Of a DNA stretch of 64,000 bases, positions 18,714 through 28,692 are shown piece by piece (position 1 is the first letter of the stretch; every line of letters begins with the position of its first letter). The notes under the pieces were generated by a model. That model was not told the origin of the DNA. It searched no databases and was given only the letters and a program-made list of their open reading frames with translations. Location: contig CAWELD010000010.1 in assembly GCA_963809895.1 (NCBI GenBank), forward strand, positions 1,056,001 to 1,120,000, written 5' to 3'. The translations under genes were made by a program, and so were the position numbers. This stretch comes from an uncultured Gemmatimonadales bacterium. Its GTDB lineage: Bacteria > Gemmatimonadota > Gemmatimonadetes > Longimicrobiales > Gaopeijiaceae.

Positions 18714-19121
18714 TCAGCCCGTGGGCACCCGGTCCACCGCCACCACCTCGGACCGGTTGATGAAGATGCGGATGTTGTTGCTCGCCGGATCGACGGGGAC
18801 CACGAAGAAGAAGGGCCGGTTCGGTGGAAAGCGGTTCGTCAGTCCCACGATCTCCTCCTGGTCCTTGAACTGCACGCGCACCAGCGTGGACCCGCGGGCC
18901 CTGGGATCTTCCGGATCCAGGGTGCGGGCGTCGTCGCGGGCGGGATCCCCCTCGAGGGACCGGACGAAGAACAGGGCCTTCAGCTCGTCGAGACGGACCT
19001 CGGCAACGGGGCCTTCGGGGGGCCGGACATGGAAGCTGGGGCGACCCGGAGCCACGTCGAGGCTCGTCCCCTTGAGAACGCGGCCGTCGCGGTAGCGGGC
19101 GACGACGAGATTGGCGGGCAT
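18714..19121 (-). CDS. DUF6982-like hypothetical protein
   Basis: VVARYRDGRVLKG, LKALFFV, FFVVPVDPASNNIRIFI. Confidence 0.7.
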   Translation of the reverse strand: MPANLVVARYRDGRVLKGTSLDVAPGRPSFHVRPPEGPVAEVRLDELKALFFVRSLEGDPARDDARTLDPEDPRARGSTLVRVQFKDQEEIVGLTNRFPPNRPFFFVVPVDPASNNIRIFINRSEVVAVDRVPTG

Positions 19122-19280
19122 GGTCTGGCTCCTGGCTGGAGTCGGCGGGCCATGGCGGTGCGGGGCAGGGCAGAATGCGCCACGGGGGGTGGTCGGACAA
19201 GCCCCGGTGCGCGGGTGCGGCGGCGGCGCCGGCACCCTACAATACCCTTCTCAGCCACACTGCCCCGGGAGGACGATCCC

Positions 19281-22200
19281 ATGTCTCCGTTCACCAACCT
19301 CTCGCTCCGGACCGTGGTCCCCACGGCCCTTCTCGCCCTGACGCTGCCCGCGCCGCGGCCCGCCGCCGCACAGTCCACGGATCGCCTGGAACGTGCCGTG
19401 GCGAACATGGAGTGGCGCAACATCGGGCCCACCATCGTGGGCGGGCGAGTCAGCGACTTCGCCGTCGTCGAGAGTCGCCCGTCGACCTTCTACGTAGGTA
19501 CGGCCACCGGTGGCGTCTGGAAGACCACCAACAACGGCACCGACTTCACGCCGGTCTTCGACGGCCAGTCCACGTCGTCCATCGGCGACGTCACCGTGGC
19601 GCCCGGCAATCCCAACGTGGTGTGGGTGGGCACGGGCGAGCCCCAGAACCGGCAGAGCTCGCCCTGGGGCGACGGTGTCTATCGCTCCACCGACGCGGGC
19701 CGAAGCTGGAAGCACATGGGGTTGGAGGACACGCACCACATCTCCCGCATCCGCATCGATCCCCGGAACCCCGACGTGGTCTACGTCGCCGCGGTGGGCC
19801 ACCTGTGGGGCCCCAACCCGGACCGGGGCGTGTTCAAGACCACCGACGGGGGCGAGACCTGGGAGAAGGTGCTCTTCGTGAACGACAACACGGGTGCCAT
19901 CGACCTGATCATGGATCCCGGCGATCCACAGACGCTGTTCGCCGCCATGTACCAGCGCCAGCGCACCACCTGGGGCTTCAACGGCGGCGGTCCGGGCAGC
20001 GGCATCTACCGCACCACTGATGGCGGCGCGACCTGGGAGGAGTTGCACGAGGGCCTGCCCGAGGGCGACATGGGGCGCATCGGGCTGGACGTCTACCGCG
20101 GTGACGGCAACCTGGTGTTCGCCGTCGTGGAGGCCGACGCCCGGGTGCCCGACCAGGGCTTCGGCGGTGGTGGGGGCGGCGACTCCCAGAGCGGCGTGTA
20201 CCGGTCCACCGACCGGGGCGAGACCTGGGAGCAGGTCAGCACCACGAACAACCGGCCCATGTACTACAGCCAGATCCGCGTGGATCCCAACGATCCCGAG
20301 CGCATCTACCTGGGCGGCTCCAACCTGTACCGGTCATCCGACGGTGGCCACACCTTCACGCCCGACGCCTCCAGCGGCGTGCACTCCGACCATCACGCGC
20401 TCTGGATCGATCCCTCCAACTCCGATCACCTGCTGTTGGGCGGTGACGGCGGGGTCTCGACGTCGTGGGATCGCTCCGACTCCTGGCGTCAGCTGCGCAA
20501 CCTTCCCATCGCGCAGTTCTACGAGGTGGGCGTGGACATGCAGGAGCCCTATCACGTGTGCGGGGGTCTCCAGGACAACGGCTCCTGGTGCGCCCCCAGC
20601 GACACCTGGTCCGATCAGGGCATCCGCACACGGGACTGGTACAACGTGGGCGGGGGTGACGGCTTCTTCACGGTCATGCACGCCGGCGATCCGCGCATCA
20701 TGTTCGCCGAGTCCCAGAACGGAAACATCGCCCGGGTGGACCGGGTGACCGGCGAACAGCAGCGCATGCGCCCCATCGGACGTCCCGAGGCGGGCGAGGG
20801 CGAGCCCGAGCTGCGCTGGAACTGGGACACGCCCGTGCTCCCGTCGGCCACCGATCCCAACACCATCTACATCGGGGCCAACGTGCTCTTCCGCTCCCGC
20901 GACCTGGGGACCACCTGGGAGCAGATCAGCCCCGACCTCACCCGCGACATCGATCGCAGCCAGCTCGAGATCATGGGCGTGAAGGGCACCGAGCCCATGA
21001 TGTCTCCCCACGACGGCACCTCGTCGTACGGGAATCTGACGGCGCTGGCCGAGTCGCCCCTCGACGGACAGGTGCTCTACACGGGGAGCGACGACGGGCT
21101 GGTCCACGTGAGCCGGGACGGCGGTGAGAGCTGGACGGACGTGACGGCGAACGTCCCGGGGCTGCCGGATAAGACGTACGTGACCCGTCTGCTGGCGTCG
21201 CGGTTCGATGCGGGCACCGTGTACGGGGTCTTCGACGGCCACCGCAGCGACGATTTCGCACCCTACGTCTACGTGAGCCGGGACTACGGCGCGTCCTGGC
21301 GGTCCATCGCGGCCGGGCTGCCGGCCACCTCGGTCAACGCCATCGCCCAGCACCCGCGGCGGGCCGACCTGCTCTTCGTGGGCAACGAGGTGGGCATCTG
21401 GTTCTCGGTGGACGATGGCGCCCACTGGGCCTCGCTGCAGACCAACCTGCCCACCGTGCCCGTGGACGACATCCTCATCCACCCGCGCGAGAACGACCTG
21501 GTCATCGGCACCCACGGGCGTGGCATCTGGATCATGGACGACATCGGCCCGCTGGAGCACCTGACGGCCGACGTGGTGGCCTCCGCCGCGCATCTGTTCC
21601 CCGTGCGGCGCGCCACGTCGTACAACCCGTACACGCCGCAGGAGTGGAGTCCGGGGATCTTCCGGCTGCCCAACCCGCCGGCTGGAGCCCGCATCCGCTA
21701 CTTCATGGGTGGGGGCGGGGCCATGGTCACGGACGACGCCGCAGCCTCCGGTCCGTCGGCGTCGACAGCCGCGCCGGCCGACGACGACGAGGTCTCCATC
21801 GAGATCCTGGACAGCGAGGGCCACACCCTGCGGACCCTGGAGGGGTCGTCGTCACCGGGTATCCAGGAGGTGATCTGGGATCTGCGCCTCGAGCCGCCGT
21901 ACACCCCGGAGGCGTCGAACCAGGGCGGCGGAGGTGGCTTCCGCCGGGGAGCCCCGGAAGGCCCCAAGGTCCTGCCCGGCACCTATACCGTGCGGATGAC
22001 GGCGGCGGGCGTCACCGAGGAACAGCCGGTGGAAGTTCGCCTGGACCCGCGGGTCGACATCTCCCGTCAGGACCTGATGGCGCGTCAGGACGCCATGATG
22101 CGCTCCTACGGCCTGGCGGCCACCGCCTACAACGCCGGACAGGCCGTGCAGCGGCTCACGGGCCTGCTGGACGGCGTCGATCGGGTCCTGAGAGCCAGCG

Positions 22201-22514
22201 GCGACGCGCCTCAGGCGCTCCGTGACGACGCCAGCGCGCTGCGCTCCGATCTGGAGGATCTGGGCCAGCGCATCAACGATGCCAGCGACGGAACGCGCGT
22301 GTACGGCCAGATCGAGTCGGTGACGGCTCCTCCCACGGCGGATCAGCTCTGGCAGATCGAGCAGTCGTGGGCGAAGCTCCCGGGCCTGGTCCGGGAGTTG
22401 AACGCGGTGGTCACCACCCGTATGCCGGCTCTGCTGGGCCGCGTGTATCAGAACGGCGTGGTGCCCGACGTCGGGGAGCCCGTGAGCGTCCCGCAGGGCG
22501 GCGGCATGGACTGA
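19281..22514 (+). CDS. Secreted BNR/VPS10 (sortilin-like) beta-propeller, putative glycosyl hydrolase, paralog 1
   Basis: Signal peptide; WRNIGP..GGRV; repeated S.D.G.TW Asp-boxes; GGLQDNGSW; GTHGRGIW. Confidence 0.88.
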   Translation: MSPFTNLSLRTVVPTALLALTLPAPRPAAAQSTDRLERAVANMEWRNIGPTIVGGRVSDFAVVESRPSTFYVGTATGGVWKTTNNGTDFTPVFDGQSTSSIGDVTVAPGNPNVVWVGTGEPQNRQSSPWGDGVYRSTDAGRSWKHMGLEDTHHISRIRIDPRNPDVVYVAAVGHLWGPNPDRGVFKTTDGGETWEKVLFVNDNTGAIDLIMDPGDPQTLFAAMYQRQRTTWGFNGGGPGSGIYRTTDGGATWEELHEGLPEGDMGRIGLDVYRGDGNLVFAVVEADARVPDQGFGGGGGGDSQSGVYRSTDRGETWEQVSTTNNRPMYYSQIRVDPNDPERIYLGGSNLYRSSDGGHTFTPDASSGVHSDHHALWIDPSNSDHLLLGGDGGVSTSWDRSDSWRQLRNLPIAQFYEVGVDMQEPYHVCGGLQDNGSWCAPSDTWSDQGIRTRDWYNVGGGDGFFTVMHAGDPRIMFAESQNGNIARVDRVTGEQQRMRPIGRPEAGEGEPELRWNWDTPVLPSATDPNTIYIGANVLFRSRDLGTTWEQISPDLTRDIDRSQLEIMGVKGTEPMMSPHDGTSSYGNLTALAESPLDGQVLYTGSDDGLVHVSRDGGESWTDVTANVPGLPDKTYVTRLLASRFDAGTVYGVFDGHRSDDFAPYVYVSRDYGASWRSIAAGLPATSVNAIAQHPRRADLLFVGNEVGIWFSVDDGAHWASLQTNLPTVPVDDILIHPRENDLVIGTHGRGIWIMDDIGPLEHLTADVVASAAHLFPVRRATSYNPYTPQEWSPGIFRLPNPPAGARIRYFMGGGGAMVTDDAAASGPSASTAAPADDDEVSIEILDSEGHTLRTLEGSSSPGIQEVIWDLRLEPPYTPEASNQGGGGGFRRGAPEGPKVLPGTYTVRMTAAGVTEEQPVEVRLDPRVDISRQDLMARQDAMMRSYGLAATAYNAGQAVQRLTGLLDGVDRVLRASGDAPQALRDDASALRSDLEDLGQRINDASDGTRVYGQIESVTAPPTADQLWQIEQSWAKLPGLVRELNAVVTTRMPALLGRVYQNGVVPDVGEPVSVPQGGGMD

Positions 22515-22527
22515 CGGGGGCGCCGCT

Positions 22528-22791
22528 TCAGTCCGACGAGTCGACGGGGTCGGGGACCGGCGGGTCCCCGGCCTCGTCTTCTTCCTCCTTCCGCTCCACG
22601 CGCACTTCCTGCACCTGCTCCATGCCGGGCTCGAAGATCGAGTGGAGCTCCAGCGTGTGGTAGATGGGCCCGGTGCGGCTGAGCCCGGTGCGCCGGTAGT
22701 TGATCCAGACCCGCTTTTCCATCCACAGAAGGGCGCGATCCACCAGGAAGAGGACGATAGCGACGGCGGCGATCCACAGGGTCAGGCGCAT
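22528..22791 (-). CDS. Small membrane hypothetical protein
   Basis: N-terminal TM; DRALLWME..WINYRR; acidic tail. Confidence 0.6.
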   Translation of the reverse strand: MRLTLWIAAVAIVLFLVDRALLWMEKRVWINYRRTGLSRTGPIYHTLELHSIFEPGMEQVQEVRVERKEEEDEAGDPPVPDPVDSSD

Positions 22792-23052
22792 GCCCTACCG
22801 TCGGCTCCGGGGGGTCTCGTGGCAAGGATTCTCTTTCCAGGCAACCCTCCGGGCGGGTGTCGCATCCAAGCAAGGTTGTGGCCCCGGCGCCACTGCTTCG
22901 GGGCCTGATTCGATCAGGGTGTACCGAAGTACATCGATACGCCCGGCGATTTGCTCGGCGCGCCGGAACCCGCCACGTGGGACCGCCTGCCCTTGTAGAT
23001 GCCGTGCCGAGCCGTCGCTCGGCGTGGTGTCTCTTTCTGACAGGGGGTAGAC

Positions 23053-24051
23053 GTGATCTCCGTGGAGGGCGTGACCAAGCGATACGGTCCCGTTGTCGCC
23101 GTGGACGGGCTCAGCTTCGAGGTGGACCGAGGCGAGGTGGTGGGGTTCCTGGGGCCCAACGGTGCGGGCAAGACCACCACCATGAAGATGCTCACCGGCA
23201 CCTTGCAGCCCGACCAGGGGCGGGTGCTCTTCGACGGCGAGCCCATCGCCGAGGATCTGACCTCGGCGAAGCGACGGGTCGGCTATCTGCCGGAGTCCAA
23301 CCCGCTCTACGACGAGATGCTGGTCTCCGAGTATCTGGACTACGTGGCCGAGCTGCGGGAGCTCGGCGGCCGCGAGATGCGGAGCGGGCTCCAGGACGCG
23401 GTGGACGAGACCGGAATCCACGATGTCTTCTACCGTCCCATCGGAGAGCTCTCCAAGGGATACCGTCAGCGCATCGGCATGGCCGCGGCCATCCTGCATC
23501 GGCCGGAGGTGCTGATCCTGGACGAGCCCACCGAGGGGCTCGATCCCAATCAGCGAGTGGAGATCCGGCGCCTGGTGGGCGATCTGGGCCGCGAGCGCAC
23601 GGTCCTGCTCAGCACGCACGTCATGCAGGAGGTGGAGGCCACCTGCTCGCGGCTGCTGATCCTGCGCCGGGGCCGGTTGGTGGCCCGAGGCAGCGTCGAG
23701 GACCTGTTGGCCAGCGGAAGTGGCGCGGCGCGCTACGTGGTGGAGGTAGAGGGAGAGGGCGCGACCGCGGCCCTGGCGGGGCTGGACGGTGTCTCGTCGC
23801 ACCACACCGAAGCCGTGGACGGCCGCACGCGTGTCCATCTGGAGACCGGCGGCGACCGGGAGCTGCGTCCGGTCATCTTCGAGCTGGCCCGCGAGCGCGG
23901 ATGGACGCTCTGGGAGCTGCACCGCGAACGCGTCTCGCTGGAGCAGGTGTTCCGCGATCTCACCGGGGATCAGTCGGAGGAATCGGAGCTCGTGGGCGTG
24001 GGGGCCGCAGCGGACGACGGGAGCTCGGCGGGCGAGGAGGTGGTCCGATGA
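23053..24051 (+). CDS. ABC-2 type ATP-binding protein (GldA-like)
   Basis: GPNGAGKTT, LSKGYRQR, ILDEPT. Confidence 0.92.
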   Translation: MISVEGVTKRYGPVVAVDGLSFEVDRGEVVGFLGPNGAGKTTTMKMLTGTLQPDQGRVLFDGEPIAEDLTSAKRRVGYLPESNPLYDEMLVSEYLDYVAELRELGGREMRSGLQDAVDETGIHDVFYRPIGELSKGYRQRIGMAAAILHRPEVLILDEPTEGLDPNQRVEIRRLVGDLGRERTVLLSTHVMQEVEATCSRLLILRRGRLVARGSVEDLLASGSGAARYVVEVEGEGATAALAGLDGVSSHHTEAVDGRTRVHLETGGDRELRPVIFELARERGWTLWELHRERVSLEQVFRDLTGDQSEESELVGVGAAADDGSSAGEEVVR

Positions 24052-26324
24052 TCCGTTCCGTCTGGACCGTGGCTCGCCGGGAGCTGCGGAGCTATTTCGA
24101 CCATCCCACCGCGTACGTGCTGGCGGTGGCGTTCCTGGGGCTGTCGCTCTATCTGGCCTTCCGCAACATGTTCGCCTCGGATGTGGCCACCCTCCGGCCC
24201 CTCTTCGGCCTGTTGCCCATTCTGTTCTCCATCTTCATTCCGGCGGCCACCATGCGGAGTCTCGCCGAGGAGCGGCGGGGCCGCACGCTGGACTGGCTTC
24301 TCTCGCAGCCGGTGAGCGAAGCCGAGGTCGTCCTGGGCAAGTTCCTCGGGGACTGGCTCTTCGTGCTGGTGGCGCTCGCCGGGACGCTCCCCACGGCGCT
24401 GGGCCTGCTCGCGGTGTCCGACGCCGATCCGGGCATCGTGCTGGCGCAGTACGTCGGGGCGTCGCTGCTGGCGGCGCAACTGGTGGCCCTGGGACTGTGG
24501 GCGTCGGCCATGACACGGAACCAGATCACCGCCTTCATCGTGGCGGCGGTCCTGAGCTTCGCCCTCTACCTCATTGGCCTGGACATCGTGCAGATCGGGC
24601 TACCACCGGCCATCTCGGGGGCGCTGGCGAGGCTCAGCGTGGTGGCCCACTTCGAGAATGTGGCCCGAGGCGTGGTCGACCTGCGCGACGTGCTCTATTT
24701 CGTGAGCACAGGCGCCCTCTTCCTCATGCTGGCCACCGGTGCCGTGAGTGGGGCGCGCCTCAGCCGGGAGCGGCCCGAGTTCCGGCGCCTGCGCACCGGG
24801 ACCGCCGTGGCGGCGGCGCTGGTGCTGGTGGTGAACCTGCTGGGGAGTCACGTGCGCGGCCGTCTGGACCTCACCCGTGGCGACCTCTACACACTCGCTC
24901 CGGGCACGAAGCACCTCCTGGGCGGCCTGGACGACATCGTCCAGGTGAAGCTGTTCGCCTCGAAGGAGCTCCCACCCGAGGTGCAGCTCCAGCTTCGCGA
25001 CGTGCGCGACCTGCTCTCGGACATGAAACGGGCCGGCGACGGCAAGCTGGTCGTGACCGAGCTCCACCCCGACGGCGACGAGGATGCCGCGCAGCAGGCC
25101 AGCTCCTACGGCATCCAGCCGGTGGAGTTCAACGTGCTCCGCAACGACGAGTTCCAGGTGCGCCGCGGCTACTACGGGCTGGCCGTGGTCTACGCGGACA
25201 AGCAGAAGGTCTTTCCGGTGATCCGGGGCACCGACGATCTGGAGTACCAGCTGGCGTCGACGGTCGCGTCTCTCACCGCCGACACCAAGCCCGCGGTGGC
25301 GTTCGTGAGCGGGTACGGGGCCAAGAGCCAGTATCAGATCCCCAACCTTCAGGACGCGCTGGCGGACCGCTACACGCTCCGCAGCCTGCAGGTGGGCGAC
25401 TCCGCACCCCCGATTCCCGGGGATTCGGTGCAGGTGGTGGTGCTCGCCGGACCGACGCAGGCGCTGGACAGCGTGGCGGTGGGGCAGCTCGAGCGTTTCA
25501 TCGACGGTGGCGGATCCGCGCTCCTGATGGTGGATCCGGTCCAACTCGACAACCAGTCTCCCACGGCCATTCCGGTGCGCTCCGGGCTGGAGCCGCTCCT
25601 GGAGCGCAGCGGCGTGAAGATGGACGCGGGCATGGTGTACGATCTGGCATCCAACGAGCGCGTCTCGCTGGGGCGGCGGGGGCTCTTCAACGTGGTGAGC
25701 GCCTATCCGTTGTGGCCGGTGGCCGTGCCCGTGGAGGGCCAGCCCCAGACCCGAGGACTGAACGCGCTGGACCTGGGCTGGGCCGGGGCGCTGGAGATCG
25801 AGGACTCGGTCCACGTGGTTCCCCTCTGGCAGACCACGGAGAACGCCGGGCTCAAACCGGCGGGCAGCCCCATCATGCCGGACCAGGACTGGGATGCCCC
25901 CCCTGAAGACCTGTCGGTGAGGACCGTGGCGGTGGCCGTGGATCCCTCGGCCGGGTCCGGGAGTGGCTCCGGCGGCGACGGCACCAGCGACGCCTCGGGT
26001 GGTGGGTTGGACGCTGGAAAGGGGCGCATGGTGATCGTGGCCGACGCCAACTGGGCGGAGCAACAGTTCGTGCAGGCCAATCCCCAGAACCTGGTCTTCC
26101 TGGCCAACGCCATCGATTGGCTCGCCCAGGATGAGTCCCTGATTCGCATCCGCTCCAAGAACCGGACGCCGCCGGCGCTCGTGCTCCAGTCCGATCTGTC
26201 TCGCGGCCTGCTCAAGTGGGGCAACCTGGTGGGGGTCCCGCTGCTGCTCGTCCTGGCGGGCGTGGCCCGGGTCACCGGCCGGAAGCGGAGAGCCATGAAT
26301 CGTTGGAAGGAGGTGGTGGCATGA
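24048..26324 (+). CDS. Fused ABC-2 permease plus GldG-like auxiliary domain
   Basis: RELRSYF, MRSLAEERR, GVVDLRDVLYF, then RLDLT..YTL, N..FLANAIDWL, LIRIRSK. Confidence 0.85.
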   Translation: MIRSVWTVARRELRSYFDHPTAYVLAVAFLGLSLYLAFRNMFASDVATLRPLFGLLPILFSIFIPAATMRSLAEERRGRTLDWLLSQPVSEAEVVLGKFLGDWLFVLVALAGTLPTALGLLAVSDADPGIVLAQYVGASLLAAQLVALGLWASAMTRNQITAFIVAAVLSFALYLIGLDIVQIGLPPAISGALARLSVVAHFENVARGVVDLRDVLYFVSTGALFLMLATGAVSGARLSRERPEFRRLRTGTAVAAALVLVVNLLGSHVRGRLDLTRGDLYTLAPGTKHLLGGLDDIVQVKLFASKELPPEVQLQLRDVRDLLSDMKRAGDGKLVVTELHPDGDEDAAQQASSYGIQPVEFNVLRNDEFQVRRGYYGLAVVYADKQKVFPVIRGTDDLEYQLASTVASLTADTKPAVAFVSGYGAKSQYQIPNLQDALADRYTLRSLQVGDSAPPIPGDSVQVVVLAGPTQALDSVAVGQLERFIDGGGSALLMVDPVQLDNQSPTAIPVRSGLEPLLERSGVKMDAGMVYDLASNERVSLGRRGLFNVVSAYPLWPVAVPVEGQPQTRGLNALDLGWAGALEIEDSVHVVPLWQTTENAGLKPAGSPIMPDQDWDAPPEDLSVRTVAVAVDPSAGSGSGSGGDGTSDASGGGLDAGKGRMVIVADANWAEQQFVQANPQNLVFLANAIDWLAQDESLIRIRSKNRTPPALVLQSDLSRGLLKWGNLVGVPLLLVLAGVARVTGRKRRAMNRWKEVVA

Positions 26325-27244
26325 GTCGCAAGACGCTGCGCCTCATGGTGCAGGCGCTGGTGCTCCTGATCGTGGTGTGGGCCGGAGTGACCTTCTTCTC
26401 CAATCGGGAGGCGGCCACCGCGCCGGCCAGCGGTGCCCTGGCCGAGCTGTTCCAGGGCGTGACGCCCGAGACCGTCTCCGCCGTGAAGATCCGGCCCCCC
26501 CGGGGATCCGAGGTGGCGCTGGAGCGCCAGGGCGCGGGTGCCTGGACAGTGAACGGGCTTCCCGCGGATTCCTCCGAGATCGCACGCCTCCTGGACGGCC
26601 TCGAGGGCGCCGCCATCGGCGACCTCGTCGCCACCAATCCGGAGAATCACGCTCGCATGGGCGTCGCTGGGGACAGCGCGTGGCGCGTGGAGCTGGACGT
26701 GGATGGAGCTACGCGGACCGTGCTGCTCGGGAGCGCGGGCAGCCGGTACGGGACCACGTACGTCCGGGCTCCCGGAGAAGACCCGGTATACCTCATGACC
26801 GGGAACGTCCGCTCCCTGCTCACGCGGGGTGCCGACGCCTGGCGCAACAAGCGCGTGGCTGCCGTGGACACGGCTGCGGTGGCCCGCATCGAGGTGGCTG
26901 CGGGTGACGACGCCTACCGGCTCCAACGACAGGACAGCACCTGGACTCTGGAGGGCGGCGGCAAGGCCGATGCGGCCACCGTGCGCTCGCTCCTGGGTGA
27001 GCTGGCCTCGGCGCGGGCGTCGGGATTCGTGGCGCCGGGGGATTCCCTGGCGCAGGTCCCGGCCCGGGACCGCGTGTTGGCGCTGTCCGCGACGGGAGAT
27101 ACGCTGGCCGCTCTGACCGTGGGCGGCGAGGGGGGGGATCGCTGGGTGCGCGCGCGGGGTGACGAAACGCTCTACCGGCTGCAATCGTACCGGGCGGACC
27201 GCCTGGCACCGGCCGAGGATAAGGTGACGGGCTCGGGATCCTGA
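26321..27244 (+). CDS. DUF4340-domain protein
   Basis: ATG overlaps previous stop; N-terminal TM; YVRAPGEDPVYL..WRNK; usual partner of Gld-like ABC loci. Confidence 0.75.
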   Translation: MSRKTLRLMVQALVLLIVVWAGVTFFSNREAATAPASGALAELFQGVTPETVSAVKIRPPRGSEVALERQGAGAWTVNGLPADSSEIARLLDGLEGAAIGDLVATNPENHARMGVAGDSAWRVELDVDGATRTVLLGSAGSRYGTTYVRAPGEDPVYLMTGNVRSLLTRGADAWRNKRVAAVDTAAVARIEVAAGDDAYRLQRQDSTWTLEGGGKADAATVRSLLGELASARASGFVAPGDSLAQVPARDRVLALSATGDTLAALTVGGEGGDRWVRARGDETLYRLQSYRADRLAPAEDKVTGSGS

Positions 27245-27252
27245 GGTGCCCT

Positions 27253-27531
27253 CTAGAGGGGTGTTGAAGAAGTGGGGTGCGGCCGCGCGCCAGGGTCTTG
27301 CGGGTGTCAGGGTAGGAAGAGTGGCGAAAGCGATGCCGTAGCATCGGTGAGTCGCTCTGACGACGCCTGATGCCGCAACCCCCTGGCGCCCGGAGGGTTG
27401 GGGCGGCATGGCCCCATCTTCGTCGTTGGCACGGCTCGACGTAGCTTTGGCTATGCCTTCGCCGCACCGCCTAGAATCTGGGGCCATGGCGCTCCCAACG
27501 CGGCTCGCCCCACTTCTTCAACACCCTCTAG
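27253..27531. repeat. Self-complementary MITE/REPIN-like element, copy 2
   Basis: CTAG at both ends; TIR CTAGAGGG(G)TGTTGAAGAAGTGGGG; internal CTCGACGTAGCTTTGGCTATGCCTTCG identical to copy 1. Confidence 0.8.
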
Positions 27532-27565
27532 CGGGACGGGGGAGGCCGGGCCCAGACTGCCTGCC

Positions 27566-28651
27566 ATGCCCGGCGCCTCCCGCATTCCCGTCATCGACGG
27601 CCACAACGACACGCTCACGCGCATCCGGCGTGATCCCGAGGAGGGGCGCCGGAGTTTTCTCGAGCGCAGCGGCGAAGGACACATCGATCTGCCACGCGCG
27701 TTGGACGGTGGTTTGGCCGCGGGCTTCTTCGCCATTTTCACGGAGACCCCAGGCTACGAGCGGAGCCTCCAGCCGGTGCTGGACGAGTCCGGCACGCCGG
27801 TGGAGGGCAGCTACCGGGTGCCGCTGCCACGGCGCCTCCGCCGCATGGGGGCGCTGCGGAACGTCCTGGCGGTGATGTCGGATCTCTTTCGCCTCGAGCG
27901 GGCGTCGGGGGGGCAGGTGGCGGTCGTGCGCAGCGCCGCGGAGCTGGCAGCATGCATGGACGAGGGTCGGCTGGCCGCCATCCTCCACATCGAGGGCGCC
28001 GAGGCCGTGGACACCCGATTGGAGGCGCTGGACGTCTTCCATGCCGCGGGGCTGCGCTCACTGGGGCCGGTGTGGAGCCGCCCCAACGCGTTCGCGCACG
28101 GCGTGCCGTTCGACTTCCCCTCGGGACCCGACACGGGGCCGGGCCTCACCGCCGCCGGCCGCCGCCTGGTCCGAGCGTGCAACCGGCTGGGGATCCTGGT
28201 GGACCTGTCCCACCTGAACCAGGCCGGCTTCCAGGACGTGGCCGGGCTGTCGGACGCGCCGCTGGTGGCGACCCATTCGTGTGCCCACGCGCTGTGTCCG
28301 TCGCCCCGGAATCTCACCGATGCGCAGTTGGACACCATCGCAGCCAGCGGTGGCATCGTCGGGGTGAACTTCCACAAGGGCTTTCTGCGTGCCGACGGCG
28401 ACCCCGAGGCCGAGACCTCGCTCACCGAGATCGTTCGCCACGCGCGCTACATGGCGGATCGCATGGGCGTCGAGCACGTGGGGCTGGGCTCGGACTTCGA
28501 CGGAGCGCGCATGCCCGAAGACCTGGGCGACGTCACCGGACTGCCGCGGCTCCTCCATGCGCTGTCGGACGCCGGGTTCGACGAAGACGACGTGGAGGCC
28601 ATCGCACACGGGAACTGGCAGCGGGTGCTGGCGGAGACCTGGGGCGGCTGA
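27566..28651 (+). CDS. Membrane dipeptidase (peptidase M19)
   Basis: IDGHND, HIEGAE, VDLSHL, VATHS, GLGSDFDG. Confidence 0.9.
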   Translation: MPGASRIPVIDGHNDTLTRIRRDPEEGRRSFLERSGEGHIDLPRALDGGLAAGFFAIFTETPGYERSLQPVLDESGTPVEGSYRVPLPRRLRRMGALRNVLAVMSDLFRLERASGGQVAVVRSAAELAACMDEGRLAAILHIEGAEAVDTRLEALDVFHAAGLRSLGPVWSRPNAFAHGVPFDFPSGPDTGPGLTAAGRRLVRACNRLGILVDLSHLNQAGFQDVAGLSDAPLVATHSCAHALCPSPRNLTDAQLDTIAASGGIVGVNFHKGFLRADGDPEAETSLTEIVRHARYMADRMGVEHVGLGSDFDGARMPEDLGDVTGLPRLLHALSDAGFDEDDVEAIAHGNWQRVLAETWGG

Positions 28652-28692
28652 AGGGCTGTGGGGGGCGAACCCAGCGCCGCGGCCTGGCCTGG

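Noticed and set aside
23053..27244. Gliding motility inferred from GldA/F/G similarity
   Set aside because: This ABC module is widespread in non-gliding bacteria; no other gld/spr genes are in the window
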